From Pyrinomonadaceae bacterium (GTDB taxonomy: Bacteria > Acidobacteriota > Blastocatellia > Pyrinomonadales > Pyrinomonadaceae), in contig DASSCX010000255.1 in the NCBI GenBank assembly GCA_035697425.1, positions 1,183 through 65,182 on the forward strand: a stretch of DNA of 64,000 bases. Direction: 5' to 3'. This document shows, piece after piece, positions 28,062 through 37,474 of the stretch. The notes under the pieces were generated by a model. The model saw nothing but the letters and a program-made list of their open reading frames with translations, did not search any database and had not been told where the DNA came from. The position numbers and the translations under genes are program-made. How positions within the stretch are numbered: the first letter of the stretch is position 1; each line of letters opens with the position of its first letter.

Positions 28062-29894
28062 ATGACCTATCAGGCAATCGCACGCAAATGGCGACCACAG
28101 AGTTTTGCTGAGGTCACTGGCCAGGAACCGATCACGCGCACCCTGCGCAATGCGATCGAACACGATCGGCTCCATCACGCCTACGTCTTTTCGGGCGCCC
28201 GTGGCGTGGGTAAGACCACTACCGCACGGCTTTTTGCCAAAGCTTTAAACTGCCACAAATCTACGACGCCCACGGCGACACCCTGTCGCACTGACGATCC
28301 CAACGCCTGCGCTTCCTGCCGGGAAATATCTGAAAGCCGCTCAATTGACGTCCTCGAAATCGACGCTGCCTCGAATACTGGTGTGGGAAATGTCCGGGAG
28401 TCGATTATCGAAACTGTTGGTTTCGCTCCAGCTCGCGATCGCTTCAAGATTTTTGTAATCGATGAAGTGCATATGCTGTCGACGCCTGCGTTCAACGCGT
28501 TGCTGAAGACCGTTGAAGAGCCGCCGCCGCGTGTCGTCTTCATCATGGCGACGACGGAACGGCATAAAGTTCCCGAGACGATCCTTTCCCGCAGTCAACA
28601 ATTTGAGTTTCGCACCATTGCAACCGCAAAGATTCTTGAGCGATTGCGCTTAATCGCGGAAGCGGAAAAGATTTCCGTTCCCGAAGATGCTTTGCGGGAA
28701 ATTGCGCGCGCGGGGGAAGGCTCCATGCGCGACGCGCAATCAGCCTTTGATCAGGTGATTAGTTTTGCCGGCAACCAGATCAGAAAAGACGATGTCGAGC
28801 AGGCCCTCGGTGTGGCAGGCGCCGATATTTTGATTCGCGTGATGAATGGCATTGCTGCTAACCAACCCGCAGAAGCGCTCGCGGTTGTGGAAGAAGTAGT
28901 AATGCGCGGCCACAACCTGCGCAACTTCTCGCGCGACTTGCTGGCGCACTTTCGCGACTTGCTGGTCACCAAGGTTTCAGGCAGTGAAGAATTGCTCGAG
29001 TCAGCTGTGTGCGATCAAGAAGAGCTCCGCCGCCAAGCAAATCTTTTTTCGGAATCCGACCTGGTTCGTTTCTTTCATTCCCTCGCAGAAACGGAAACAA
29101 AACTTAGCACCGCCGCCCAACCTCGTTACCAACTCGAAGTTGGATTGGTAAAACTGATGGAAATGCGACGGCTTGAACCGGTCACGCAGCTGCTCGAGCG
29201 TCTCACTGCCCTCGAAGAGTCTTTGCGAACCGGAAAAGCCCTCGCTCCCGCGAGGCCCGGACCACCAACCGCAGGAGGTGCACCTGGACCGGCTGGAGGA
29301 GCTTCGTCACCAACGAAAACTGGCTCTAAGGCGATGAGTGCGTCGGTTGCCAGTGGTGCATCGAGACCAGCGCCGGCGATGGAGCAGACATTTATTCAAC
29401 CCGAATATTCTCCCGCGGAGTTGTCACCTGTGCCGGCCGCTGAAAACGATGCGAACCCAAGCCCTGTGGCTTCCAGCACCGAAGACGATTCAGACATTGA
29501 GCGCATCAAGTCGGCGTTGGAAACACGCAGAAAAATGTTTCTTGTGACCGCACTAGAAGGCGCGCGTTCAGCTGCCATCGAGAATGGCGAGCTGTATGTC
29601 GAGTTTGCGCCCGAAACCCGCCACTTGCGAGACTCGCTGGCAAAAAGTGACAACGTCAAAATTCTGCGCGAGATCTGTCAGGAGATCACCGGCAAGGAAT
29701 TGGGCGTGCGCATCATGATCAAGGATCAAACTGCGCCCACTGCTGACGCGCCGCTTTCCCGGGAAGATGAAGAGCGCCTGGAACAGAATCGCCTGCGCGA
29801 GAACGCCGAGAAGCATCCCGTTGTGCAGCAGATGCTGCGCACATTCCGTGGCGAACTCGTGGACGTGCGCCGCGTCGACAAGTCTCAGAGCTAA
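28062..29894 (+). CDS. dnaX: DNA polymerase III subunit gamma/tau
   Basis: YQAIARKWRPQSFAEVTGQE, Walker A GARGVGKTT, a zinc module (C-x-C-C) and the SRSQQF sensor motif. Confidence 0.95.
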   Translation: MTYQAIARKWRPQSFAEVTGQEPITRTLRNAIEHDRLHHAYVFSGARGVGKTTTARLFAKALNCHKSTTPTATPCRTDDPNACASCREISESRSIDVLEIDAASNTGVGNVRESIIETVGFAPARDRFKIFVIDEVHMLSTPAFNALLKTVEEPPPRVVFIMATTERHKVPETILSRSQQFEFRTIATAKILERLRLIAEAEKISVPEDALREIARAGEGSMRDAQSAFDQVISFAGNQIRKDDVEQALGVAGADILIRVMNGIAANQPAEALAVVEEVVMRGHNLRNFSRDLLAHFRDLLVTKVSGSEELLESAVCDQEELRRQANLFSESDLVRFFHSLAETETKLSTAAQPRYQLEVGLVKLMEMRRLEPVTQLLERLTALEESLRTGKALAPARPGPPTAGGAPGPAGGASSPTKTGSKAMSASVASGASRPAPAMEQTFIQPEYSPAELSPVPAAENDANPSPVASSTEDDSDIERIKSALETRRKMFLVTALEGARSAAIENGELYVEFAPETRHLRDSLAKSDNVKILREICQEITGKELGVRIMIKDQTAPTADAPLSREDEERLEQNRLRENAEKHPVVQQMLRTFRGELVDVRRVDKSQS

Positions 29895-30088
29895 CTCGCG
29901 CCACGAAAAAGCGGCAACAGGTTGCCGCGCTCCAAAGACTGGCGACCCAAAAACGCAAACAGTCGATTCAGCCCCCAATCAGCAGCCGCAGCAATCCGCC
30001 AAATCTCCTGCCGCAACTGACGTTAATTTTTCCAGCGAACTATTTGCAGTGACGGGTCGTATAAACTCGCTCGGAGGGATTACTACTT

Positions 30089-30298
30089 ATGCGCGATCCA
30101 TTTACCGCAGGACTTCTCAGCTTCATCATTCCCGGTGTGGGACAACTTTATAACGGGCGAATTCTGGCAGGCATTCTCTGGCTAATCATAACGCCCGGGT
30201 TTTGGATTGGCTCGGGCGGCACGCTCGGATGGATCTGTCACATCATCTCGGCGTATACGGCTTACTCTTACGCGAAGGAATATCCAGTTCGGGCCTAG
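30089..30298 (+). CDS. Small two-TM membrane protein
   Basis: It is 69 aa (GLLSFIIPGVGQLYNGR...). A long GC-rich hairpin follows at about 30355-30435. Confidence 0.45.
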   Translation: MRDPFTAGLLSFIIPGVGQLYNGRILAGILWLIITPGFWIGSGGTLGWICHIISAYTAYSYAKEYPVRA

Positions 30299-30450
30299 CT
30301 TGCATAAAGCCCTATGATGAGACTAGTAAACTTCGTGAGGTTTGATTTATTGCATTGCGGGCGTCTGCCGCGATGAGCGCGATGCAAGAATGCACTCGGG
30401 TATCGAATCGCGGACGTCCCGCCCGCATTTAAGCGCGAAAAAACCTAGTC

Positions 30451-31596
30451 CTACTTTCCTAAACTCCCCGCCACAATGACGGCCGCCTCGTAAGTCGTAT
30501 CCCGTGCAAGGATCTCCATTTCCCGCGCCAACAATTCAGCTGTGCTGCGGTTTCGCACCGGTAGCGTGCGACCCGGGCACAACCGATCTTCCATCGTAGC
30601 CTGCGTCTCCAGGTGGAGACCATTTTCCGCACGTTGCACCACAAACGAAGCGTTGCTGAGTGCAGAGTGCAATTCGACCTTCGCCAGGCGGCCGGGCCTC
30701 ATCTCCGGACGTTCCACGCGGTTTAGTTCGAGTGTGATTGCACCGCCGTCACGCCGGCGTGCGAAGAACAAAGTCTTCTTTGCTTCCTTGGCCTGGCGTT
30801 CAATGCGCCAATCCAAACGGCTCGCCAGCCAACCGGCCATCAACAGCGCTTGCGTAGCAATCCCGTTGGCGTTTCCCTGCGGCGCTCCATAGTCAATTCT
30901 GACGCGTTCGAGGTCAGCAAGTGCAGCGCGATATTCCTGGACGTCGTAAAAGTTAGCGAGCAACGCTCGCCAGGAAGTGAGGCGCGCCCAGTTAATGTCG
31001 CTAACCGCAATCGCCTCGTTGCGCTGACGCGAAAAGAGCTGCTCAATGCTATGCAGTTGCAAATCCATTGCTGCCAGATCAACAGAATCAATAACGAGTC
31101 TCTCGGCGGCACGACTTAGCGGCTGAAAAATATCGTCGTCGAGTCGGTGCAGATCATGCCACCAGAGAAAAACCGGGAGATCAGGCACCAGTAACGGAAT
31201 CACGGCACTGGGCAGCTCCGAAGCGAATTGGCCGCGGGCAATCAGTGTGATTTCCTCGCAACTGAGTTCGGCTTTTGTTGAGCGTTGCTGGTTCTGGCAA
31301 GAGGCGGAGACAAACATCTCGATATCACGATCTGCACTCTGGCGATCCGCCAGCATCACGAGGGCGCGGCAAGGATGAACCGCGGCAAGGTCGCGAATAG
31401 TTTGCTGAGATTCGGCCAGCACCACGTCGCTTGTCACCACCAACATTAGATTGGCGGCGCGAGCGCGCATCACCGCCTCCTCGCTTTGGTCCTGCTCCCC
31501 GCCAGCGGTTTCCTGCCACAGGTCAGCCAACGCACGCTCTACAGCATCGACGTCGAGTGTCTGAGGCACCTGGATTTGTTTTGGTGGCGTCGACAT
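30451..31596 (-). CDS. opcA: Glucose-6-phosphate dehydrogenase assembly protein OpcA
   Basis: Its size (381 aa), its position immediately downstream of zwf and an OpcA-like sequence pattern support the call. Confidence 0.7.
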   Translation of the reverse strand: MSTPPKQIQVPQTLDVDAVERALADLWQETAGGEQDQSEEAVMRARAANLMLVVTSDVVLAESQQTIRDLAAVHPCRALVMLADRQSADRDIEMFVSASCQNQQRSTKAELSCEEITLIARGQFASELPSAVIPLLVPDLPVFLWWHDLHRLDDDIFQPLSRAAERLVIDSVDLAAMDLQLHSIEQLFSRQRNEAIAVSDINWARLTSWRALLANFYDVQEYRAALADLERVRIDYGAPQGNANGIATQALLMAGWLASRLDWRIERQAKEAKKTLFFARRRDGGAITLELNRVERPEMRPGRLAKVELHSALSNASFVVQRAENGLHLETQATMEDRLCPGRTLPVRNRSTAELLAREMEILARDTTYEAAVIVAGSLGK

Positions 31597-31628
31597 TCTC
31601 TACACCGTTGAAAGAATCATTTTCCCAT

Positions 31629-31846
31629 GGAAACTGAAACCGCCAAGTCGCCAGGCGCCGCAAAGCACGCATAAGAAGAAAACGAGCTTAGTACTTTGTG
31701 CTTAGTACTTTGTTTCAGAACCGCAGCCTTAACATCTGTCGCTCAAATTTCATCAGCGAACCATGTTCCAAGAACCAAGTTCAAAGCTCGTTTTCTTCTC
31801 CTTGGTGAACTCTGCGGTCCCTGGCGACTTGGCGGTTTCGGTTTCC
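31629..31846. repeat. 218-nt nested imperfect hairpin in the zwf-opcA spacer
   Basis: The outer 27-nt arms are 31629-31655 and 31820-31846, with one U-G position. The inner perfect 16-17-bp arms are AAGAAGAAAACGAGCTT (31673-31689) and AAGCTCGTTTTCTTCT (31784-31799). The interior contains GTACTTTG-type words. Confidence 0.75.
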
Positions 31847-31869
31847 AATCCCCACTGCCCACTTCCTTA

Positions 31870-33405
31870 TCACAACTTCCGCCAGCTTCTGCCATCGCGC
31901 TCGATCAACGCGAAAGAGTTGCGAGGCCCCCACGACCCAGCTGCGTAGTTAGGAAAATCTGAAGCGGGCTGTTGCCACGCATCCAGGATTGGCGAGACGA
32001 TTTCCCATCCGCGCTCAACCATGTCGCGACGCGCGTAGAGCGTGGAATCGCCCAGCATGCAATCGAGTAATAATCGTTCGTACGCCTCGGGAGCTTTCAC
32101 GCCAAACGATGCTCCATAACGAAAGTCCATGTTGACCCAACGAATCCGCATTGCCTGTCCGGGCAACTTCGCGCCAAAGCGAAGCGTGATGCCCTCGTTA
32201 GGTTGAATGCGAATCACAAGTACGTTGGGCTGCAATGGCGTATCTGATTCGGTGAAAAGCTGGTGCGGAACCTCCTTGAACTGAATCGCGATTTCTGTCA
32301 CACGTTTCGGCATTCGCTTTCCCGAGCGCAAATAGAAGGGCACATCCGACCAACGCCAGTTGGCAAATTGCAGTTTGATTGCCGCAAACGTTTCCGTGGA
32401 TGATTGCGGGTTAACGCCGGGTTCCTCGCGATACCCAGCTACTGTGTCGCCCAGCACCGTCCCCGGGCCGTATTGTCCACGCGCAGCGAACTCGTCGACG
32501 CGGTCGGAAGGTATTGCTCGCACACTACGCATCGCGCGAATTTTTTCGTCGCGTACGCTGTTGGGTTCAAGTGACGTGGGCGGCTCCATCGCGATCAATG
32601 CCACTATTTGAAAGACGTGGTTCTGAATCATGTCGCGGACCGCACCCGCTTTTTCATAATAGCTACCGCGCCCCTCGACGCCGATAGCCTCAGCGGTCGA
32701 CACCTGCACGTGATAGATGTAGTTATGATTCCAGAGCGGCTCGAAGATACTGTTGGCAAAACGAAATACTAAAAGGTTCTGCACAGTTTCCTTACCGAGA
32801 TAATGATCGATACGGAATATTTGGTTTTCGTTGAAGACTGCCGCGAGTTCCGCATTTAGCGCTTTAGCGCTGTCCAGATCATGACCAAATGGTTTTTCAA
32901 CAATGATGCGCGTCCAGCTTTGGTCACTAGGGCGGGTCAACCCGGCGGCGCCAAGTTGACCGGCAACCGTTCCAAAGAAGTCAGGCGCCGTCGCCAGGTA
33001 GAAAAGATGATTGTTCTGAGTATTACGAGCCGCGTTGATTTCCTCTAGCTTTCCTTTCAGCGTCGCATAAAGTTGCGGGTCGTCGAACGCGCCTGGCAAA
33101 TAGAACAATCCGCTGGCAAAGCTAGTCCAGGCTGCTTCGTCGATCTCGTCCTCAGCGAATTCGTTGAGAGCTTCGCGCATCTTGAGGCGAAACTCTTCAT
33201 CGCTCATGCCCGGTCGCGCTGTACCCAAAACGGCAAACTCCGCCGGCAACAGCCGCTGCCGCGCGAGGCGATAAAGGGCAGGAAGTAGTTTGCGCCGCGT
33301 GAGGTCGCCGGTAGCGCCGAAGATGACGACAACGCAAGGTTCGGAGGTTCGCTCCAGGCGCGTTCCACTTCGCAGGGGGTTTTCGCTCTCAACCAAACTT
33401 GTCAT
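31870..33405 (-). CDS. zwf: Glucose-6-phosphate 1-dehydrogenase
   Basis: GATGDLTRRKL, the active-site motif RIDHYLGKE, 511 aa. Confidence 0.95.
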   Translation of the reverse strand: MTSLVESENPLRSGTRLERTSEPCVVVIFGATGDLTRRKLLPALYRLARQRLLPAEFAVLGTARPGMSDEEFRLKMREALNEFAEDEIDEAAWTSFASGLFYLPGAFDDPQLYATLKGKLEEINAARNTQNNHLFYLATAPDFFGTVAGQLGAAGLTRPSDQSWTRIIVEKPFGHDLDSAKALNAELAAVFNENQIFRIDHYLGKETVQNLLVFRFANSIFEPLWNHNYIYHVQVSTAEAIGVEGRGSYYEKAGAVRDMIQNHVFQIVALIAMEPPTSLEPNSVRDEKIRAMRSVRAIPSDRVDEFAARGQYGPGTVLGDTVAGYREEPGVNPQSSTETFAAIKLQFANWRWSDVPFYLRSGKRMPKRVTEIAIQFKEVPHQLFTESDTPLQPNVLVIRIQPNEGITLRFGAKLPGQAMRIRWVNMDFRYGASFGVKAPEAYERLLLDCMLGDSTLYARRDMVERGWEIVSPILDAWQQPASDFPNYAAGSWGPRNSFALIERDGRSWRKL

Positions 33406-33407
33406 TT

Positions 33408-33500
33408 GGAACTTTGAGCTTTCTACTTTGTACTTTGAGCTTTGTACTTTGAGCTTTGTACTTCGAACTGCTTACTGCTCCTGCCTCGTACTCCTGCCTT
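33408..33500. repeat. Tandem heptad array (CTTTGAG/CTTTGTA words) abutting the zwf start
   Basis: On the mRNA strand it reads TACAAAG-CTCAAAG-TACAAAG-CTCAAAG-TACAAAG-TAGAAAG-CTCAAAG-TTCCAA-ATG. Confidence 0.8.
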
Positions 33501-35483
33501 CTATGGCCTTGCCGGCTTCTTGATCGTAGGCACGGCCCGCGGAATATCTCCGTCGTCGACGATGAGCGGTGTCTCTGAGTTTTGTGATTGCAGCTTGGGA
33601 GCACTACGACGCAGAAGCGGCGGCAGACCAGGCTTGGGTAAGCGAACCGTTTCGACATCGTCAGTGCGCCTGAGGATGGCGCCGCCGCGTCCTGCAACCC
33701 AAACATTCGAACCACCGCGATTGGCGATCGAGAACAAAGTGGTGCTGGTGATAGTCGGCTGCGTTAGCCACGTTTCTCCACCATCCTTGCTTTCGATAAT
33801 CCTTCCTTGCTCGCCGGTCACCATCACCTCGTCACGAGCAGACGCGGCCACCGAAAATAGATTCGTCGTCAGACCGCTTTCCATATCTTTCCAGGTAACA
33901 CCACCGTCGTCTGTGCGCAGAATAAGGCCTTGTGCGCCGACTGCATATCCGCGTTGCGAATCCACAAAGGCGAGCGCGTAGAGCCACTCCTTCAGGTTCC
34001 GGTCAACACGTTTCCATGACGTGCCGCCATCCTCAGTGCGCAGGATCGTTCCGTTTGAGCCGACAGCTACGCCGTGTTGTGCGTCGACGAAGCGAACGTC
34101 TTCGAGCCAATTGAAAGTTTCCGCGCGTTGGAAGCGCCACGTTTGACCTCCGTCGCTCGTTTCCAGGATGAGACCCCGCGCGCCGACCGCCCAGCCTTGA
34201 GTTGGCGAAATAAAATCAACCGCCAGCAGATCCTCGTTAGCCTCTATTCGAGCTTGCGCCCAGGTAATACCACCATTGACCGAACGCAGGATCGTTCCTT
34301 GATCGCCTACCACCCAGCCGAGTTTCTCGTTAACGAAATCAACGGCATTTAAGCGCGCCGCGGTTCCCGAAGGCCGCACCGTCCAGCTACGACCAGCCGA
34401 ACTTGTGAACAGAATTTTTCCGCGCGCCCCGACGGCCCATCCGCGCGTATCATTAATGAAAAAGATGTGGGCGAGATCGTCGCGGCCTCCCTCGGTGAGA
34501 CGACGCCACGAAAGCCCGCCGTCGTCAGTACGCAGAATTAACCCATCAGCACCTGCTGCCCAACCCAGCGACTCATCCGCAAAGTGCACGGATGAAAGCC
34601 TGGGGCTGGTGCGCACGCTAACAGGCAGCCAAATCGATCCGCCATCCGCCGTCGTCAATACGAGGCCATCGTCGCCCGTCACCCAGCCCATTTTGTCGTC
34701 CTTGAAATAGACCGAGAGCAAATCGGTGGTCGTTAGGCTTTGCGCCGCCTGCCAGCTAAGGCCAGCGTCGCGAGTCTCGAGGATTGTTCCCGCGTAACCA
34801 ACCACTACCGCGCGCAAAGGAGAACTAAAAGTGACGCCGGTTAAGGCTTTGCTGGTGATACCCGTTTGCGGTTTCCAATCAATACCGCCGTTGCTGGTCA
34901 CGAGCAGCGTGCCCCGCGCTCCTACAGCGATACCGTTTTGCTCATCGGCGAAAGCGACAGAAAAAAGATGCGCCGTTGTTTGCGACTTTTGTGATTGCCA
35001 GGTTATGCCGCCGTCTTTTGTATGAACAATCGCCCCGAATGATCCCACCGCCCAGCCATGCTGCGAAGACCCGGGCGCGAAGGTGACACAAAAAAGATGA
35101 TCGCGCGTCCCCGTGGCGCGGCGTACCCATTTGTTACCGCCGTTTGTGGTAGTAAGCACTACGCCACCTGAGCCCGCCGCGATTAAACGCGCTTTGTCTC
35201 TAACATAGAGTCCGTACAAAGTGGTGTTGGCCGGCGAGATCTGTTCCTCCCAGGTGAACCCACCATTGCGCGAACGCAAGATGGCGCCATCGCCGCCCAC
35301 AGCCCAACCATTCTTTCTGTCTGCGGCGAACTTCACATTGTTGATTGAGTTCCCCTGTGGCAAAGGGTTCTGCCACTGCCAGGCGCGAAACTCGAGTCCC
35401 TGTGCATTAACAGTTGCGAACGTTGCCGCACAGATCAGGAAAAAGAGAGTCGACGTTACAACCTGACGCCAGGCGCGCCACAT
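33501..35483 (-). CDS. Secreted multi-propeller protein with BNR/Ycf48-like repeats
   Basis: The signal peptide MWRAWRQVVTSTLFFLICAATFATVNAQ comes from the ATG at 35483. There are about 14 repeats of the D/NGGxTW type. Confidence 0.7.
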   Translation of the reverse strand: MWRAWRQVVTSTLFFLICAATFATVNAQGLEFRAWQWQNPLPQGNSINNVKFAADRKNGWAVGGDGAILRSRNGGFTWEEQISPANTTLYGLYVRDKARLIAAGSGGVVLTTTNGGNKWVRRATGTRDHLFCVTFAPGSSQHGWAVGSFGAIVHTKDGGITWQSQKSQTTAHLFSVAFADEQNGIAVGARGTLLVTSNGGIDWKPQTGITSKALTGVTFSSPLRAVVVGYAGTILETRDAGLSWQAAQSLTTTDLLSVYFKDDKMGWVTGDDGLVLTTADGGSIWLPVSVRTSPRLSSVHFADESLGWAAGADGLILRTDDGGLSWRRLTEGGRDDLAHIFFINDTRGWAVGARGKILFTSSAGRSWTVRPSGTAARLNAVDFVNEKLGWVVGDQGTILRSVNGGITWAQARIEANEDLLAVDFISPTQGWAVGARGLILETSDGGQTWRFQRAETFNWLEDVRFVDAQHGVAVGSNGTILRTEDGGTSWKRVDRNLKEWLYALAFVDSQRGYAVGAQGLILRTDDGGVTWKDMESGLTTNLFSVAASARDEVMVTGEQGRIIESKDGGETWLTQPTITSTTLFSIANRGGSNVWVAGRGGAILRRTDDVETVRLPKPGLPPLLRRSAPKLQSQNSETPLIVDDGDIPRAVPTIKKPARP

Positions 35484-35645
35484 CGGCTGTCTGCTGAAAA
35501 TTGCTGGGATTAAAGACAATGATGTCCGCTGTAAGAGCAAAGTGAGTCGAGCTACAACTTTCGGGGAGTAACAGTCTCTGGAGCACAGGATTATAAAGAC
35601 GAAGGCTCGGGAAAGCGAATAGGGCAAGAAAGCGTCGGCGTCCGG

Positions 35646-36176
35646 CTATTTCGCCACCGGCCGGCGCAAACGGCGGTCAAGCCTCCATTGTCCAGAGGTG
35701 TTTCGGAGGCGAGCTAAAACCAGACCATGAGGCTTTCCGCATGCTTGCCAGCATCCTCGCTGGTGCCGGTGACTCTGATTTGGATTACTACTTTCAAATG
35801 CGAGTGCAAATCCTTCCGCTATCAAAGCGGGTGCAAATGACTTATCCGGATCCGGGACGAGCGTGGAGTTAATTCTTTGCTCGCGGTAGTGAACGATCAG
35901 AAAAATTGACTTATCCGACAACTGCGGCAGAGGCTGCGAGAGTGATTCTGCAACCAGGATCTCGTTGCCCTCGCAATCAAGCGCGAGACCGCTGGTGATT
36001 AGCAATTTGTCGCGCCGGCGCGAAACTTCCAAACCGGATACGATTCCAAATCCATGTAGCGCGCGATTGTGTAGTTTTTGTTTCTCGCGAAAATAACTCT
36101 GTTCCAATTCCAGATCTGCCGCCGACAATAAGCGGCCGGAGAAAAAGTTGTTTCTGCGAAAGCCTTTTTCACTCAT
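35646..36176 (-). CDS. Hypothetical protein
   Basis: It is 176 aa. Its ATG overlaps the rnhA stop (TAATG). I recognise no family with confidence. Confidence 0.45.
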   Translation of the reverse strand: MSEKGFRRNNFFSGRLLSAADLELEQSYFREKQKLHNRALHGFGIVSGLEVSRRRDKLLITSGLALDCEGNEILVAESLSQPLPQLSDKSIFLIVHYREQRINSTLVPDPDKSFAPALIAEGFALAFESSNPNQSHRHQRGCWQACGKPHGLVLARLRNTSGQWRLDRRLRRPVAK

Positions 36177-36694
36177 TACTTTGTTTCTTCATGAAAAGGA
36201 TCAAGCGTACCGGCTTTTTCCTCAGCGTCGCGCAACACTTCTGGTTCAACCCGGCCCAGGGTGGCGAGGCGACGCGCCGCGCGATCTACCGCCTCCTGAA
36301 TCACATGCCCGGCGTGACCGGCGGTCCACTCCCAACTGATTTCATGGCGGTCTGCGGCTTTGTCGAGACGCGCCCACCACTCATGATTTGTTTTCCTGCG
36401 GAACCGGCCGTTCATGGTTTCGACAACATATCGGGAATCTGTGAAGAGCCGGACCTTGCAAGGTTGACGCAAAGCTTCCAGACCAACCGCCGCCGCTGCG
36501 ATCTCCGCTTGCTGATTAGTAGCCTGACCGAGATAGCAGCCCACAGAACGCCAAATCCCCTGGTAGCCCAGGAGGGCCACGGCCGCCGCGCGAGTTTCTG
36601 CTTTGCCATTGCCGAGACTCGAACCGTCACAAAAAATTGTGACCGGCTTTGGTGGCGTACCGTGTGGCTTCTTAGAGACGGTGGTATTACTCAT
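36176..36694 (-). CDS. rnhA: Ribonuclease HI
   Basis: IFCDGSSLGNG (catalytic Asp), EIAAAAVGLE, FTDSRYV and WTAGHAGH motifs. The ATG at 36694 is preferred over 36757. Confidence 0.8.
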   Translation of the reverse strand: MSNTTVSKKPHGTPPKPVTIFCDGSSLGNGKAETRAAAVALLGYQGIWRSVGCYLGQATNQQAEIAAAAVGLEALRQPCKVRLFTDSRYVVETMNGRFRRKTNHEWWARLDKAADRHEISWEWTAGHAGHVIQEAVDRAARRLATLGRVEPEVLRDAEEKAGTLDPFHEETK

Positions 36695-36861
36695 CAAGCA
36701 AGTTCTATTAGTTGGGAAACGTAGCCTAACACGCGCGCTGCAGTGCTCATAGTTCAATCAGATTGGATCCCAACCATCACTCGGTTGTCGCGCTCGTCGA
36801 CCGCATCGGCTAAAATTCTGTCGGCCTGGGGGAGGCCTACTCGAGAGCTTATTTAAAAGCG

Positions 36862-37356
36862 ATGCGACTGTTTCAACTTTTTGCGCGCGGCTCACGCAAA
36901 ATCATGCTTAAACCCGGCGAGTCGTTTCTGATCTTCAGGATGGCTTTGTGGGTTTCTTTGCTTTCCCTGGCAGTAAAGCTTCGACCCCTGCCCCGCGCCC
37001 TGGAGCTGATCGCCGCAAAACCTAAGACTCCGGCGACTGACCCTGCTGAGCCGTCCGAAGAAACGATGAACCGGCTGGCGCGCGCGATAGATTTGCTTCT
37101 TCGAACTGACCTGTTTGTCTTTAAGCCGATCTGTTGGAAGCGTGCTGCCGTCTTGCATCGCTATCTGACTCTAAGTGGGATCAATTCGCGAATCGTCTTC
37201 GGCGTCAGGCGCGGTGCGCAGGGCGAAGTCGACGGTCATGCCTGGCTCGAATCAAACGGCGCGCCGATTCTTGAACCTACCACTCCTAATTACAAAGTCA
37301 CCTACGCGTTCCCTTCCGACGATCCTTTCGAAGCCGATCTCGCTTCAATGTCGTAG
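36862..37356 (+). CDS. Lasso-peptide-biosynthesis B2-type protein (transglutaminase-like Cys peptidase, Transglut_core3)
   Basis: ICWKRAAVLHRYLTLSGINSRIVFGVRRGAQGEVDGHAWLESNGAPILE has the catalytic Cys, the GVR motif and the GHAW(L/V)E His motif of McjB-C/B2 proteins. Confidence 0.7.
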   Translation: MRLFQLFARGSRKIMLKPGESFLIFRMALWVSLLSLAVKLRPLPRALELIAAKPKTPATDPAEPSEETMNRLARAIDLLLRTDLFVFKPICWKRAAVLHRYLTLSGINSRIVFGVRRGAQGEVDGHAWLESNGAPILEPTTPNYKVTYAFPSDDPFEADLASMS

Positions 37357-37367
37357 TTCAAAAAAAG

Positions 37368-37390
37368 GGAGAGGCGCCGAGCGCCTCTCC
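37368..37390. terminator. Bidirectional terminator between the B2 gene and the LTD gene
   Basis: GGAGAGGCGC-CGA-GCGCCTCTCC, flanked by an A-run upstream and TTTTATT downstream. Confidence 0.65.
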
Positions 37391-37474
37391 TCCAGTTGCT
37401 TTTATTGTACCTCTGCGCGTTACTTGGTCTACCCGGACCTTATCAAACTCGAAGCGCGCAACTCGAAACCTAAA

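Noticed and set aside
28062-29894. Programmed -1 frameshift site in dnaX (A AAA AAG type, producing gamma).
   Set aside because: No A-AAA-AAG-like slippery heptamer was seen inside the ORF. The A-runs present lie outside the gene or are interrupted.
33442-33981. Plus-strand 179-aa ORF, and the minus-strand extension of the BNR gene to 35627.
   Set aside because: The plus-strand ORF is antisense to the BNR-repeat gene. The 48-codon extension lacks a signal peptide, whereas the ATG at 35483 yields a canonical one.
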